Part shown: piece by piece, positions 49,702 through 61,896 of the stretch | Position numbering within the stretch: position 1 is the first letter of the stretch | Layout: every line of letters begins with the position of its first letter | DNA from: Perkinsus olseni | Lineage: Eukaryota | Reading direction: 5' to 3' | Assembly: GCA_013115125.1 (NCBI GenBank) | Contig: JABANN010000003.1 | Location: forward strand, 62,001-126,000 | Length of the DNA: 64,000 nt | Made by a program: the position numbers and the translations under genes | Notes under the pieces: model-generated | The model's database searches: none | Told to the model about the DNA's origin: nothing | Seen by the model: the letters and a program-made list of their open reading frames with translations, nothing else

Positions 49702-50161
49702 GTTCCCTTGCTTGTATTGGATTGAGTGTGCGCCCTACTCGACTGGTCCGGTCAGCAGCTGTGGTCTTTTCTCAGGTATTAATACATTTGGCACGTCAGG
49801 TGTGGACACTAAGCGTGAAGTAATATGTACTTTTATGCTCCTGTCCAAGGTGTTTTATAATATGTTATTCTGAAAACAGAAGCCTATCATTATTACCTTG
49901 CCGTTAATGCGTCTCATCCTCTCATATTGGGGTTCTCGAGTTACCTCTTTGCCCGGGTTCGGTAGTGGCAATTCTTCGAACTCGAGCAGCGGAGCGGCTT
50001 GACGGCAGCCGATCTGGCCCACCGCACAATGCTGGTTCCTCTGGCGCTCGCGTCATCGGTAGCCCTACTGTCCATCGACTATTGAGCAAATAAGTTGAGT
50101 TTTAGAATGAAAGAGGCCTGATCTGGAGATTTTCGTTTAGTTTCTCAGTCCGCGGCTCCCC

Positions 50162-51548
50162 ATGGCGCGTCAAGGTTCCTTAGAAGCGGGCACAATATTG
50201 ATAACAGGGGACGTGAGCAAAGAGTGCTCAGTGACGGCGTTGGCGTCCCAGCCTGGCTCCCCGGATATGATCTGGGCGGCGAGGGAAGATAAATGCCTCC
50301 TCGGCATTGACACACGTTCTAATGTTGTAGAGGTGAGAAGATGGAGATTTTGGTTCAGATCGGGTACATCTGTGGTGTGCGTGTCGTTGGGCGGCCACTG
50401 GCAACCCATTCGTGGCTGCATATCTCCGCCGCGGGTGGACTTCCGAACTTTTTCAGACTCGTATAACGTTACCTGCTGGTGGTGAGCTGGTTGGGAGTTG
50501 CGTGGCCTCGGCTACCTCTGTTTATGTCGGCGCCGAGTCTAATATCCTCAATTACGATACACGCAAGGGGTTACTGACAGCGGCGTATGTTCCTCAAAAC
50601 CAGGTTTGGTCAAGGAGCGCGGCTCCGTGAAGCATGTGTATCGTGTTGTCAGACTAATGAGGTCAATAATTTCTCTCTGTCACCGGATGGCAGTCAACTG
50701 CTCGTGCCTACTGACGAAGGGGAACTGGTGTTCCTCAACGCAAGCACTTTGGCCAAATGTCGTGAGACAATACGGATAAACGATGAGGAGCAGGTCTCAC
50801 TTCGGGTTAGTTCTCCACCGTTACAGTGCCTTCAGTGTTCCAGGTCTGCTCCTGCGTCACAGCGCGCACTTCCCTTTGCAACCCCTCAACGACCATTGAC
50901 GTTCTCACTGGCGGGTTCGACTGTACTGTGCGGCGTTTTGCTGTTGAAAAAGAGAACTACAGAGTGCGCGGTACACTCGACGTTAGCAATGCGGTTAAAG
51001 TGAGGAACGAGAAGCGACGTGAGCGGAGCTCCACGACTCTCCGCCACAGGACGGAAATTCTGCCCTGCCGCTTGCCTTCAATCCCCCCTTCGTCAACTGC
51101 ATCGAATTCGACTCGTTCGCGAACGACTCGGCTGTCGCGGGGACTGGCAACGGCTCCCTATGCCTGATGAAGTTCCGGGGCGACTCGATCAACTTCAAGG
51201 ACCTCCGAGCAAGCATACTCAGAGTGAGATCGACTGCCACTTCCTGTTCGTCGATTTGCCTTGCGCATATTCTTCCGACTCAAACCGCCCATCGCCTCAT
51301 CCACTCAGATACCTGCTCATAGCCAGGCAGTAGCCGACCTGACCTGCCTACGAGGTCGCCGCGTAGCCTCTGTTGGATCTGATGGACGGCTTGCACTATC
51401 GTCTCTACTCGGCAGTGCACCCAGGGTTCTGCAGCAAGTTGATCTGGGCTGGAAGCCTTCCGCGGTCCGTTCTGTGGGAACCGATGGTCTTACCGTCGTC
51501 GTCGGTGGAGTTGATGGCCAACTTCAATGCTTTGATGTACGATCATAA
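50162..51548 (+). CDS. WD40-repeat protein
   Basis: NEVNNFSLSPDG, VLTGGFDCTVRRF, AHSQAVADL..VASVGSDG and VVGGVDGQLQCFD. Confidence 0.8.
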
Positions 51549-52003
51549 ACGATGATGAGATCTATCCAAGTTTACCAAAGACAACCAAAGGGTGGTGTTA
51601 AACCAGTGAGATCGTACTCGCGCCTTCGGGCGGGCGCTAAATTCGATAAATTAGCGCAACATTCAATTTTCCGCTGTCACACATACCCACGATGTTCTTG
51701 AACACCTCATCGACAACAGCAGATATACATGAGATGCGAACTGTGTGTCTCGTAACGAGGGAGAGAGATCGTCGGAAGCAATACTTGGTAAGTCGTTCCT
51801 GAGGTAGTCTTGAACACACCAACGAACAGAGGAAAGGTTCCAAACCAGCTTGAGAGAGAACTAGGCCCAACACGGAGGTTGAACGTCTTGTAGTCTAACT
51901 TCGCCCTTTCACGGGACTCATTGTCATGTTGTGATGAGTTCCTTGTCGCGAGTAAAAAGGGCGTAGCAGTTGTCGTAGCGTTCTCTGGTCTCGTTGGTAG
52001 GGG

Positions 52004-55000
52004 ATGGACTTCTTGTTGTCAGGAATCGCGGCTCCCCGCGATTTACGATCCGAAGTCCACGAAGAGAAAAAAGGGAGCGCGTATGGGTGAGACGGCTCCG
52101 GGTAGTAACAAGGCTTCTCTCGGATTTTGGAGTCCGCTTATCTTTTTGTTCAGCATCGCCCAAACGCGAGAAAGCGGCCGCGTCAGCGGAGCTAGGCAAT
52201 ACGACACCGAGCTCTTGGGCCCCCGAGCTTCCTGTGGACTCATTGGCAGCGTTCTCCTCATCCACTTGGAAGTGAGTCGCCCTCTGGAGATCACGAGGGG
52301 CCTGTAGCTGTGGCAGCGGATGGGGCTCTTCAGGACGGATTTCTCATCGGCGCGGAGTCGCGCTGGGTATACGCAACGCTTGAAGGACATACGTGAAGCC
52401 TACGGGGTGATCTCGAATGCAAACAAATCAGACGAGGCCAAGCTCGATCATAGAGTAGCTTTGGAACTTCTAGCTCATATGATGAAGAACAATCATTTTG
52501 AATGTGCTAATGGCAGGTCTCGCAGCTCTTGGATATGTGCGTGGACATAGTCGAAAAACAGAAGAAGCGTAAGAAGGAAGAGCAACTTTCTCTCCACTTC
52601 AAGGCCGTGTCCAGCGCATACTGGGCAGCTCAGTTAGTCTTCAGTGACCATGATGGTTGCCCTCTAGGTTGGGACCAAGTTCGAGGGGCGCTGACGCAAA
52701 TGGCCAGGCGTACTGATTCTCTGGAAACAGTTCGGATCGTCGAGAACCTTGCACTGGATTTGGGTGACACTATGAAAGTGGAATCGCGCATCGTTGCGTT
52801 GAGCAAAAAGGTAATAACCTCCTAGGTCCCCTTGGTGGTGTGGTTGTCGATGTTTGCGTTGAACGACTAGTTCGTACCTTGTGCGCAGGTTCACGCCTCT
52901 TCGGTCAATCATAGAGCCGCGGAGAACAAGTGCGAGACACTTCGGAAACAGGTAGTCCGGGTACCGACCCGCTAGTCCTCTGTGAGGTTGCCCTGCACCC
53001 TTTCTGCTCACAACTCTTCATTCGTCCCTGGGTGCATTTTCGGTATTTTTAAGGCCAAGAAGCTGGAGTCGGAATTGACGGTTACCAAAATTGAGCTGGC
53101 TAACAGAACGAAAGAATGTGGAGCATTGCAGCGGAGAGTGAATGCGAGTGCTCGGAGGTAGTAGGCCACGCGGGCGTGTCCGTTGGGCGCTTGACGGGAG
53201 TTCTTCTGTCTTCGTCGTGCGCGGTTCACGGGGAATGTCTCATTTGCTGCTGAAGGTACGAACAGCTGTCGAAGAACGTCGACACGCTACAGCGGGAGCT
53301 AGCTATTGCTACGGCGGAACTAGAAGCGCGAGATAATGGTGCCCAGCCGAATCGAAACTCACTAGCCACTTCCAGGGGTAGTACGGATCAAGGACGCGTC
53401 GTGTATAGCGCTTCCAGGCTCGAGAGACTCAGATGAGAGAGGCGCCCATGCGAAGCGAGCCCGTTATCTTGCCAACCAACTGGCCCTAGCCGTAGGAAAG
53501 CGTCAGCTCCACAGCATTGATAGATTCCTCCGTCAGATGCAGCAACTGGCAGCATTGGAGAGACAGAAGAAGTGGTGGATGGCAAAGAGCGCGGTTCTCG
53601 AGGCAGAAGCATCATCATTGATCGCCTACAACGAGAATGTCTCAGCGTAAGGCCGTAGCGGCAGTTGTCCTCGAGGTGGAATCGGTATACAGGGCCAGCG
53701 CGGATGAAGACATGCGGTCAAGACTGACTCATCTCGTGTGGAAGATTATGAACGAAAGCCCATTAGAGGACGGGTAAGTAGTGAGCTCGTAGCGCATCGT
53801 CAGTCCTCTCGTTACGTCTCAGGTACGGGTTTGTTAATACGGTTGCTCAACTGAAGGGCATCCTCAGCGAGGGTGTTGGTAAAAAAGTGAACAAGTTGCC
53901 CGAGATCACGCCGTATCACCAACGTGGCACCACCATGGTAGAAGAACCCGTTGGGTTATCCGAACACTTCTGTATCATCAGATAACACCGTTCAAGGCGA
54001 ATGGTATTCCGATTCCCAAGGGCTACATGGTTCTGTCTCCACAGCAAATCGACTTTTTGACGATGGTAGTAACCAGGCCGGATTTTGCGTCGTCATCAGC
54101 GGAAACGAGCTCAGGTCACGTCGACTCGTGGAAGATGTGCATTACCCTACCTCTGCGACGCCGATTCCGTTGCGACTGAGCGCGGACGACAAGACTGCAT
54201 CAACGCACTTGGGACTGAATTCTGGGCGCAACAGAGGTCCGGAAAATATCTCAGGAGAGGCTGCTGGATGGTTGTGGTCATTCACTCTTCATTGCGACCT
54301 AGTAGATACGCCAACGCGGTTTCCAAGGCATTCAGTCGACTGAAGGATTTGTTCGAGGTGCACGCAATCGACCACCTAATCAACACCCTCATTGTAACGT
54401 GCTCACTCGCTAGCGAATCACTCGACCCTGTCCTTCTCGCTAGAGCATCAGCTGTGAGGCTCTTGATTGCGACCGAGGCTCTTTATGGGTGGTGGACTCG
54501 ACGCAGGGGATTATGTGGACTTACGTCCAGAACGCAGGCGAGACCGAATTCAGGAGGCTGGAGGTACCATGACCGGATGGCTCAAGCGGGCCCAGGGTGA
54601 TGGTCAGATGGAACTCCCTAAGCGGGGAACAGACCCGTACTCGGAGAACATAGGCCTGGTGGCGAGTGCCTACCTCCTCAAGGAAGCCATCAGCATTTAT
54701 AATGCGTACGAGGATAAGCGTTTCAACAAGAGGTGGGCGAGCAAGCGAGGCTCTAGAGTTCGAAATAGCTGCTCTGCCTGACGTGCAGTTTCGATCGCAT
54801 CACAAACTATCGCACGAGGTCAGTGCTGTGTCTACCAGTCGTTAACGAGGACAGGGTTACATGCATCGTGAGTCAAAGGCAGCTGCACGCGTGACAGACC
54901 GGCTGGGAGCGCTGATAGAATCGATTCCCCCCAGGTACAAGCAGTGAACAAACGGCGAGATCCAGTATTCGACAAGGACGATGAAACGATCCTGAGAAAT

Positions 55001-55259
55001 ATTGCGGTACTAAGAACGCTGAACGATAGAGCTTCGCCGCGAGGATCTCAGGTCCTGGGGCTGGAGATGGTTATGATATTCGAAAAAACGGCCGTCAGCG
55101 GATGGTCGATGAAGCGTGAGCCGACTAAATCTCAATGTTTGCCGAGTGACTTCGGTGATTTACAGGTCAGACCTACTTACTGCAATTTGCCACGGAGATG
55201 ATGCAATACTGCACAAAGCCAAGCACGCTCGTGAACTTGCTGACGCTGTAATAGGGTAG
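52004..55259 (+). CDS. Coiled-coil protein with C-terminal GAF-like domain (may be more than one gene)
   Basis: Helical N-terminal exons; IGLVAS..ISIYNAYEDKRFN..FDRITNYRTRSVLCLPV...VQAVNK...FDKDDETIL matches the GAF NKFDE-type signature of cyclic-nucleotide PDE GAF domains. Confidence 0.6.
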
Positions 55260-55368
55260 ACTTCTACCTGGCGAGAGTGTAGCGCAGGCGCGCCGTCGGC
55301 CAGTCACAGCTTTTAAAACTTTTTGAGCCAAAGCGTCTTCGTAATTTCTGTAGACGATACGAACGTGG

Positions 55369-56869
55369 ATGCGCGTTGTTGAATATGTGCGCTGCTGCTG
55401 CTGCTGCACTTCAAGGTACTTGAACGAGTTATTCCAAGCGAAGGAAGTTGCCCTTCACCTCGTCGTGGGTGGCGTGACCGCACAAATTGTGAGAGCGACC
55501 TGTTTGAGCATATTCTCGAGCCAAATGTCTTAGATCGCTGGCGGGTCTCAGCGTAGCCACGCCACCACAACCGAGGCTCAGAAACAGCTGGATAAGAACC
55601 TCAGACCGTGCTTGGCGGGAATGACGGGAATCGTGGGGTTAACGGTAGTTTGGAGAACTGCCCTCTTGTGTAAAGGCGCTTGAATGGAGTGAATCTTTTA
55701 ACTGATTAGGCGAATTCCCGGTGCCCTCAAACATTCCACTTCCCGTCGCTGGGGTCGAGCAGATCATCAAAACGGATGCACGAAGTGATCGGTTCCTGAC
55801 AAGACAACACCGAGAAGAATTGTGCGATTTTTAGGATAAGCTAAGCGGTGTCTATGATGCTTTGGTCGACTTGTCCCCTCCGGAGTTGGTCGATAGCAAT
55901 TTGCGTAGGAACAGCAGGAAAGAGAGGTGATGTACCCCCCCACTGGCTGAGACTCGATCAGCCCTGTTCGAACGACAGATACGTACTGCAGTCATACCCG
56001 TTGTTTGATAAGAGAACCACCACAGCGGTCCTGCAGTTCGTTTGCGCAGATGGGAAGAGAACGACCTTCGGCAACGATGAAGTGTTCGATCCTTTCAATG
56101 TTGGTCATACTAAGGTAGAAGCAAAATCCCATCTCGCCACCTGAATTGGCATTTGCTTACCCGCAGGTTCTGAAACAGATATGCAACTATGTCGTGGTGC
56201 TACTGAGAGAGTGGTACCCGGTAGCCGACCGTCGGGCTCTCCATGATATTTGGGCGAAGGCTGCTAAGAATGTGAATCCAGCGGACACAGTTGTATCAGC
56301 AGGTGGGAATCTGGCGGCGCTGAGGTCGGAGAGTGACTCTTCCTCTAACTTCCAGCTCCTACTGAGCACAACGAGGATACCAATCAGTCGGAGAGGTCGG
56401 AAAGCGGTGAGTTGTAGGCCTGCAGCGAACATGGGCGCAGTTGCATGATTTCGCAGAATACAGCGCGGATCATGAGGACTCGGAGGAAGAGGGGGAGGAT
56501 GATGGAGATGATGCTGTTGAAGTAACTGTCAGTGGTGGAGGTCAACTGTGGGGACTCACAGAAGAGGAACGCCAGATAGATTGGAGAACGGCTGAGGTAA
56601 ATTGTGACGGAAAACCGCCAGCTGTGTGCATTGATTTATCTTCGTCCCAGCCTGGATGGGACGTGCGGAGCCTTGCCACAATTTACCAATCATCATTCGA
56701 AGCGGGTCTTATGGCCGCTCAGGTAGACCGTGAAAGTGGACCGTTACTCACTCTCTTCTGTCTTGTATTTTCAGGACGTCGTCAATAATTTAATGAATGC
56801 GTCTTGAGAGCACAGTCAATCACTGGATCTTGTTATGGTCATGTACAGGGTTGTCGTCAGGACTCGTGA
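55369..56869 (+). CDS. Hypothetical protein, multi-exon, with acidic linker (start uncertain)
   Basis: Chain of spliceable exons (DKLSGVYDALVDL, YVLQSYPLFDK, VLKQICNY, EDSEEEGEDDGDD). Confidence 0.5.
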
Positions 56870-57246
56870 AGACTTGCGTTCGAGCCAAGGGTTCAATGAG
56901 TTCTAGGTTTGCTCGCTTATCATGCTTTGGCGGAGGCGCGGTCTTGACCTATGAATAAGTTCACTCACAATCTTATTCCTGCCGGTGATTGTGACGTGCT
57001 TTATTCATGTGGGAATTTGCCGATCGTCAATGGTCCAACTCGATTTCATTTGTCACGGAGCGAGTCTGTTAGCGAGCTGCAAGCGTTGGAAATCATGGGG
57101 CTACGTACAATGGTGTTGCTGTTCTATCTGTATCTCGAGAGATGAGTTCAATGGTGGCTGGGTTGAGGTGACAGTTGGAACTGTTTCGGGCTTCTTAGCG
57201 GCAAAGCAGACAGTGGTGGTCAAGTTTCTTATTTTTCCTTCGACAG

Positions 57247-60001
57247 ATGGTAGAAAGTGGGGCCCTACCCACAGTGATCAACACGTTCCTGCCGTTGCTG
57301 GTTGTCTTCGTGGCAGTGGCATACGTGTAATACGCGGGGAAAGGGCCCTCCGCTGATGGACGCGTTGCCGCCAGCAACAGCTGGGTCAATGTCTCATTCC
57401 CCGAGCGGCACTGTGTCCACTCAGCATTCGAGCGACAACTGAGTTGAAACCCATTCGGAGCTCATTGCCGGCAGGTACTTCGCAGGCGACTATGCTGGCC
57501 ATGAGATTGCCCATCATAATAAAGCTTTTGTTCATCCCCCGGATAGGAAGCTGATCGATAAATATGATCTACTCCAAGTAATGACAGAAGGTCTTGTCAC
57601 GTTTTTAGTCAATGGCGAGAAACGTACGCGTGGTCGAATTCACAGGCACAGCTATCGGAAGAAGCTGCAACGCGGGAGCGAATAGGAGCTCATCCTAAGA
57701 GTGTTGTTCTCGGCTTCGGGGCATGCTTGGATGGCGTTACGCGAGGCACCGAGCTACTGAAGGAGGTAGTAGTCCCGTGGGTAACCGCCTTGACAGTTTT
57801 CGCTTGCCTCAGCTCGACATACAACCTGCCGAGCATCCGCAAGATCATGATGTCATCAGCAGCCCGAAGGATTTGGCCGAAACATTCCACTACTTTTTTG
57901 AGCACGGCGCCGCGGCGGAAAGGTGATTTGTGCGGGACGCACCTCCTACAGTAGACGGCGATCGCCCAGATACGTGTCGAACAAGACGCTCTTCCATCAG
58001 CTGGTGACTGCTGTTCGTGGTTTTGGTGAGCAGCACGGTAGTTTCTGGCGATTCGGTGGTAATGCTCCTCACATGGGATGCAGAATACAGATGGAGGTAA
58101 TATGATGCCCGGTCGCGTGGGATTAAGCCTACTTACAATGGATCTATGTCACCTGAGCTGGGCCTCCATCGAGCAAGTCTTCTTCCTCTCGGTCCTCGGT
58201 CGGAGAAGAGTGATACTGGGCTCCCTGTTGATTCTTCATGGGCTTCTGGTTCTGGGACTTCGTTGGTGTAGCTGAAATTCTGGCAAAGGTCTTAACGTCA
58301 GGGCCATAATGTTCTGCTCGGTGCACATGTGACGAAGGAGCTGCGAGATCAGTTTGCTGCACCCTTGCCCGTGGCGGGAGGCCTAGCACCGACATCGACG
58401 GAAGGTAGGCCTTGATGAAGCCCTATGAGGTGAACCAGATTCCTTGCAGACAGCGATGATATTCATATAATTTTGGAGAGTGTCTCCGACGAGCTGTGGG
58501 GTAATGACACCTGCCCACGAGCTAATCGCCTAGGTAGTAATGGGACCGGTGATGCTGATCGTAATGAGTCAGAGTCTTGCTCAAAATGATGATTAATCGT
58601 TATGCTACTGGTGACACTACCTACACGTGGTCCTGAACTCGGTGCGAAGAATCTCACTTTCGTTTGCTCAGCTCTCCATAGTGACGTCCACTCACCTTAT
58701 CTACGTGGAATAGAGGAGGTTCAAGAAGAAATAGACTCCGGTGCGTTCAAGCCCGACGCTCTCGTTTTGGGTGCCTTCCAGATGATGGACGGGTAAGGTG
58801 CGCGGTACGGCCGAGACGAGAATACTGAGATCTCTAGGTTCCCGTTCCCAGCTGAAGGGGAACGGCTACAGAGGCTCCAACGGGCCAGACAGCTCATTGA
58901 TGAGCAGGACCCTTCCGTTAAGGTCCATGTTGAACTCGCCAGTTTTGCCAATTGTGAGACGCATGGTCGTTCGTCATACCCACAAAGACTTCTATTCGCT
59001 CAGCGGAGTTCATGAAGGAGTTGTATGATACTGGTATGCTTACGAGGGTGGATAGCCTCGGCATGAACGAACAGGAGCTTACAACCTTCACGGACTGGTT
59101 GAGGTGATAACCGGGTTCTTGCCTGCTAGGAGAAATACTTCCGGCTTCGTGCTGGTTATTATGGAGAGACTCTCGGGAATGATCACGTCCTGGAGTAGTT
59201 ATCTCTGCCATAGACGGCGACGGTCATGTGACTATGCCGATACCTTTTGACTTTCTCTCAGTAAGTCGCCTACAAGTGACGGAAGCCTGATCCGTGCGTC
59301 GGACTCTCGACCGAAAGTCCGGAATGTTCTCGATGCTTTACGGAATCTTTGGAAGCTCATTGAGGACGCTAATGAAGGATTGTACTAGTGGGGTCTCAGT
59401 CATATCCTCGTTCGCTACACTTTCTCCGTAGGAACACTACCAGGAAGGTTACTCGTATCCATGTTCACACGCTGGCATTCCAAGCTGTGATGATCAAGAC
59501 CGGTGCATGGAACCGAACGTGAGTGTCTGTGCTAGAATCGGCCTCTGGAACTCTCACGAAATCAGGGCGGAGGCGATGAGCAAGGCGAGTCTTACAGCAT
59601 TCCGGCATGTCTGTGGGTTCGCAACTAACGAGGATATAGACCTCAATAAGGGCAAGGTACGATGGTCAGGTTACTCAGTATGTTGCACCATGTGGGCCAT
59701 GATTGAAGCCTCTAGTCGCAGGTTCTGTTATTCGATACCTTCGTGGATAGCGAGGACGAGGAGTTAGCTCAAAGGAGAGATGTGATCAAGACTAGATTCC
59801 ATAACGGGGTGGTGCCTAGCTGTTATTTCTCGCGCGGGAGTCATTCGTTTCCAGGTTGTATGCTGGGACGGCACTCGCGACTCCGACTCCAGCGAGAAGG
59901 TTACCATGTGTTTGAGTCCGAATATCATCTGCACGGACCCTGTAGCTACCATCGCGGCTGGAGACAACATCTCAGGCGCTGCGGTGGCGGTCCAAATTTA
60001 A
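57247..60001 (+). CDS. ADPGK: ADP-dependent glucokinase (ADPGK), N-terminally membrane-anchored
   Basis: LGFGACLD, FEHGAAAERY, GGNAPHMG, DDIHIILE, PRANR, VHVELASF, VDSLGMNEQEL, TRIHVHTLAFQ and TIAAGDNISGA. Confidence 0.88.
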
Positions 60002-60137
60002 CATCGAGACAGTTTTATCTTGTATCAAAGAATAACTTGCGGCGAGGTTCCATCGTTACTTTAATGCCACAAACGCTCAGCAGTCGAGTTCGGAAGGTGG
60101 TATCCGGCCCGATTCCCCTTGCAGTTTCACTGCGCTA

Positions 60138-61660
60138 ATGCCGTACCGGCCGTCTGCATTGGGCCCTGATCTTGCTGGCGGCGGAGGTCATTCCGGGTCG
60201 CTTGCGGGCATCGGGGCAGCCATGTCCTCGACAGTAACAACACACGCATGTCGAGTCAATGCCCACGCCTTTGCCGGCTTCCTCAGCGGGCTGTGTAATG
60301 CTGCAACTACCGGCCTCAGTATCAACTCCTGAGTGCTCTCAGGTGCTACAGCTGCCCTCTATCCGCTGGAACTAGTGAAGGTGCATACTCAGCGGCATCA
60401 CAATGGCATGGGTCGTCCCGATTTGCGGGCTATCTTCACGGATGTTGTCCGGAGAGAAGGGCTTCGCGCAAGCCTTTACAAAGGGTTCGGTAGGCGAGCA
60501 GTTCACTTCGGTGTTACGCACTCACCCTTTTCAGGAATTAGCCTCGTGGGGTCGTCACTCGCTTGGGGCCAATATTTTTACGGGTGAGAGCATAGCACTG
60601 TCAGCGAGGCAGCCTGAGCCAGTTTGTTTCAGCTATAATGTACTGAAGTCGGCAAATCCTCTAAACCTTCCACCCGCATGGAACCATCTTGCTAGTGCAT
60701 TCGCGGCTGGTTGTGCGGTAGTATTACACTCCTACTCACGATGGATCCTGTTGCTCTCATTCTTAATCCGGCTCTCGCTCTCAATGGGCATTCACGATTA
60801 AGATTTTGGCATCGTTGGAAGCGTATTCCAGGTGCAAGCGTTGCTTTGCCCGTTATGGGTCGTCAAGGTCAACGTTCAACTCGGAGTTTATCCTGGGGGA
60901 ACGGCAGGATGCATCCGAGCACTATATCGGACGGAAGGTCTCTCTGGATTCTACAGAGGATTGGTAGGGTGCGATAGTTTCTTGCAGTTGAAAAGCGCGG
61001 TTTTTTGTAGACCCCCGGTCTATGGGGATGCACTCAAGGTGCGGTACAGTTCATGGTCTACGAAGCGATGAGGTCATAAATGACACGAACATTCAGTTCG
61101 CCCACCATTTCGATTCCTCAGGTCAAAGCTGCAAGCCTATCACGGCACTGAGCAGCTCAGTCCAGCAGATACTATGCTTGCAACAACTATAGCGAAGTCA
61201 GCGTCGATGGTAATATCGGTAGTCGTGCTTTCGCGTGCATGAGAGAATGCTCCTCTGCATGTCTGTGCTGATTCTGGTGCTGCAGTTTTCCTTTTTTGTT
61301 CAGATCATAACGAACCCCATCACGGTCTTGACGGTGCGTATGAGAGATGCCGGTGTGAGAGGCTACAAATACGATAACATCTGGAATTCGATCAGGAGGT
61401 GAGTCAAGCTTGTCGTGCTTGCACCATTCCCGTCTTTCCTGTATGCCCATTTTCAGCATACTCGCCAAGGATGGCGTACTCGGTTTCTACAGAGGCGTGC
61501 TTGTTTCTTTGGTGAGTCGGTTCTGGTTCGAAAGCGACCGCACACGCTGCTGTCTGCTCAGGTCCGCGTGATGCCCGCTCAGTGGTGCACTTTTGTAACT
61601 TACGAATGCGTGAAGGACGCCATCCTCCGTTACCAGGAGGCCAACTGCCCTGGGTGCTAG
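60138..61660 (+). CDS. Mitochondrial carrier (SLC25), resembling folate/FAD carriers
   Basis: Three carrier repeats: YPLELVK, CPLWVVK and TNPITV..VRM; GSSLAWGQYF; GAVQFMVYE. Confidence 0.88.
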
Positions 61661-61896
61661 TTAGAGTTAACTTGATTCCTTGTTTCTCATTAAGTTGTCC
61701 CTATTGACCCGCTGTACCATATGTGATACTGTTAGAGAACGAATGTAGGATTATTCATCGAGCCCGAATCGGAAGAATTTGTCCCAGGCCAGCCTTGATG
61801 TGGTTTCTCTCTCAACATCGGATGAGTTGAGCTAACTTCCTAGTTCAAGCCGCCCTAGGACGGTTGAAGGAGGCGTTGGAGTCACCCTTGTCTAGT

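Noticed and set aside
55323-55331. Partial spliced-leader relic (reverse strand TTGGCTCAA)
   Set aside because: Only about 9 nt match the 21-22 nt leader, which is expected by chance. No full SL copy was seen.
55391-55407. (GCT)n triplet repeat
   Set aside because: Only about 5 units, likely a short coding homopeptide; unremarkable.
476-61660. Many apparent frameshifts and stops fragmenting ORFs (pseudogenes or recoding)
   Set aside because: Where traced, they resolve as short GT-AG introns that restore the frame; the exception is the site at 1745-1853.
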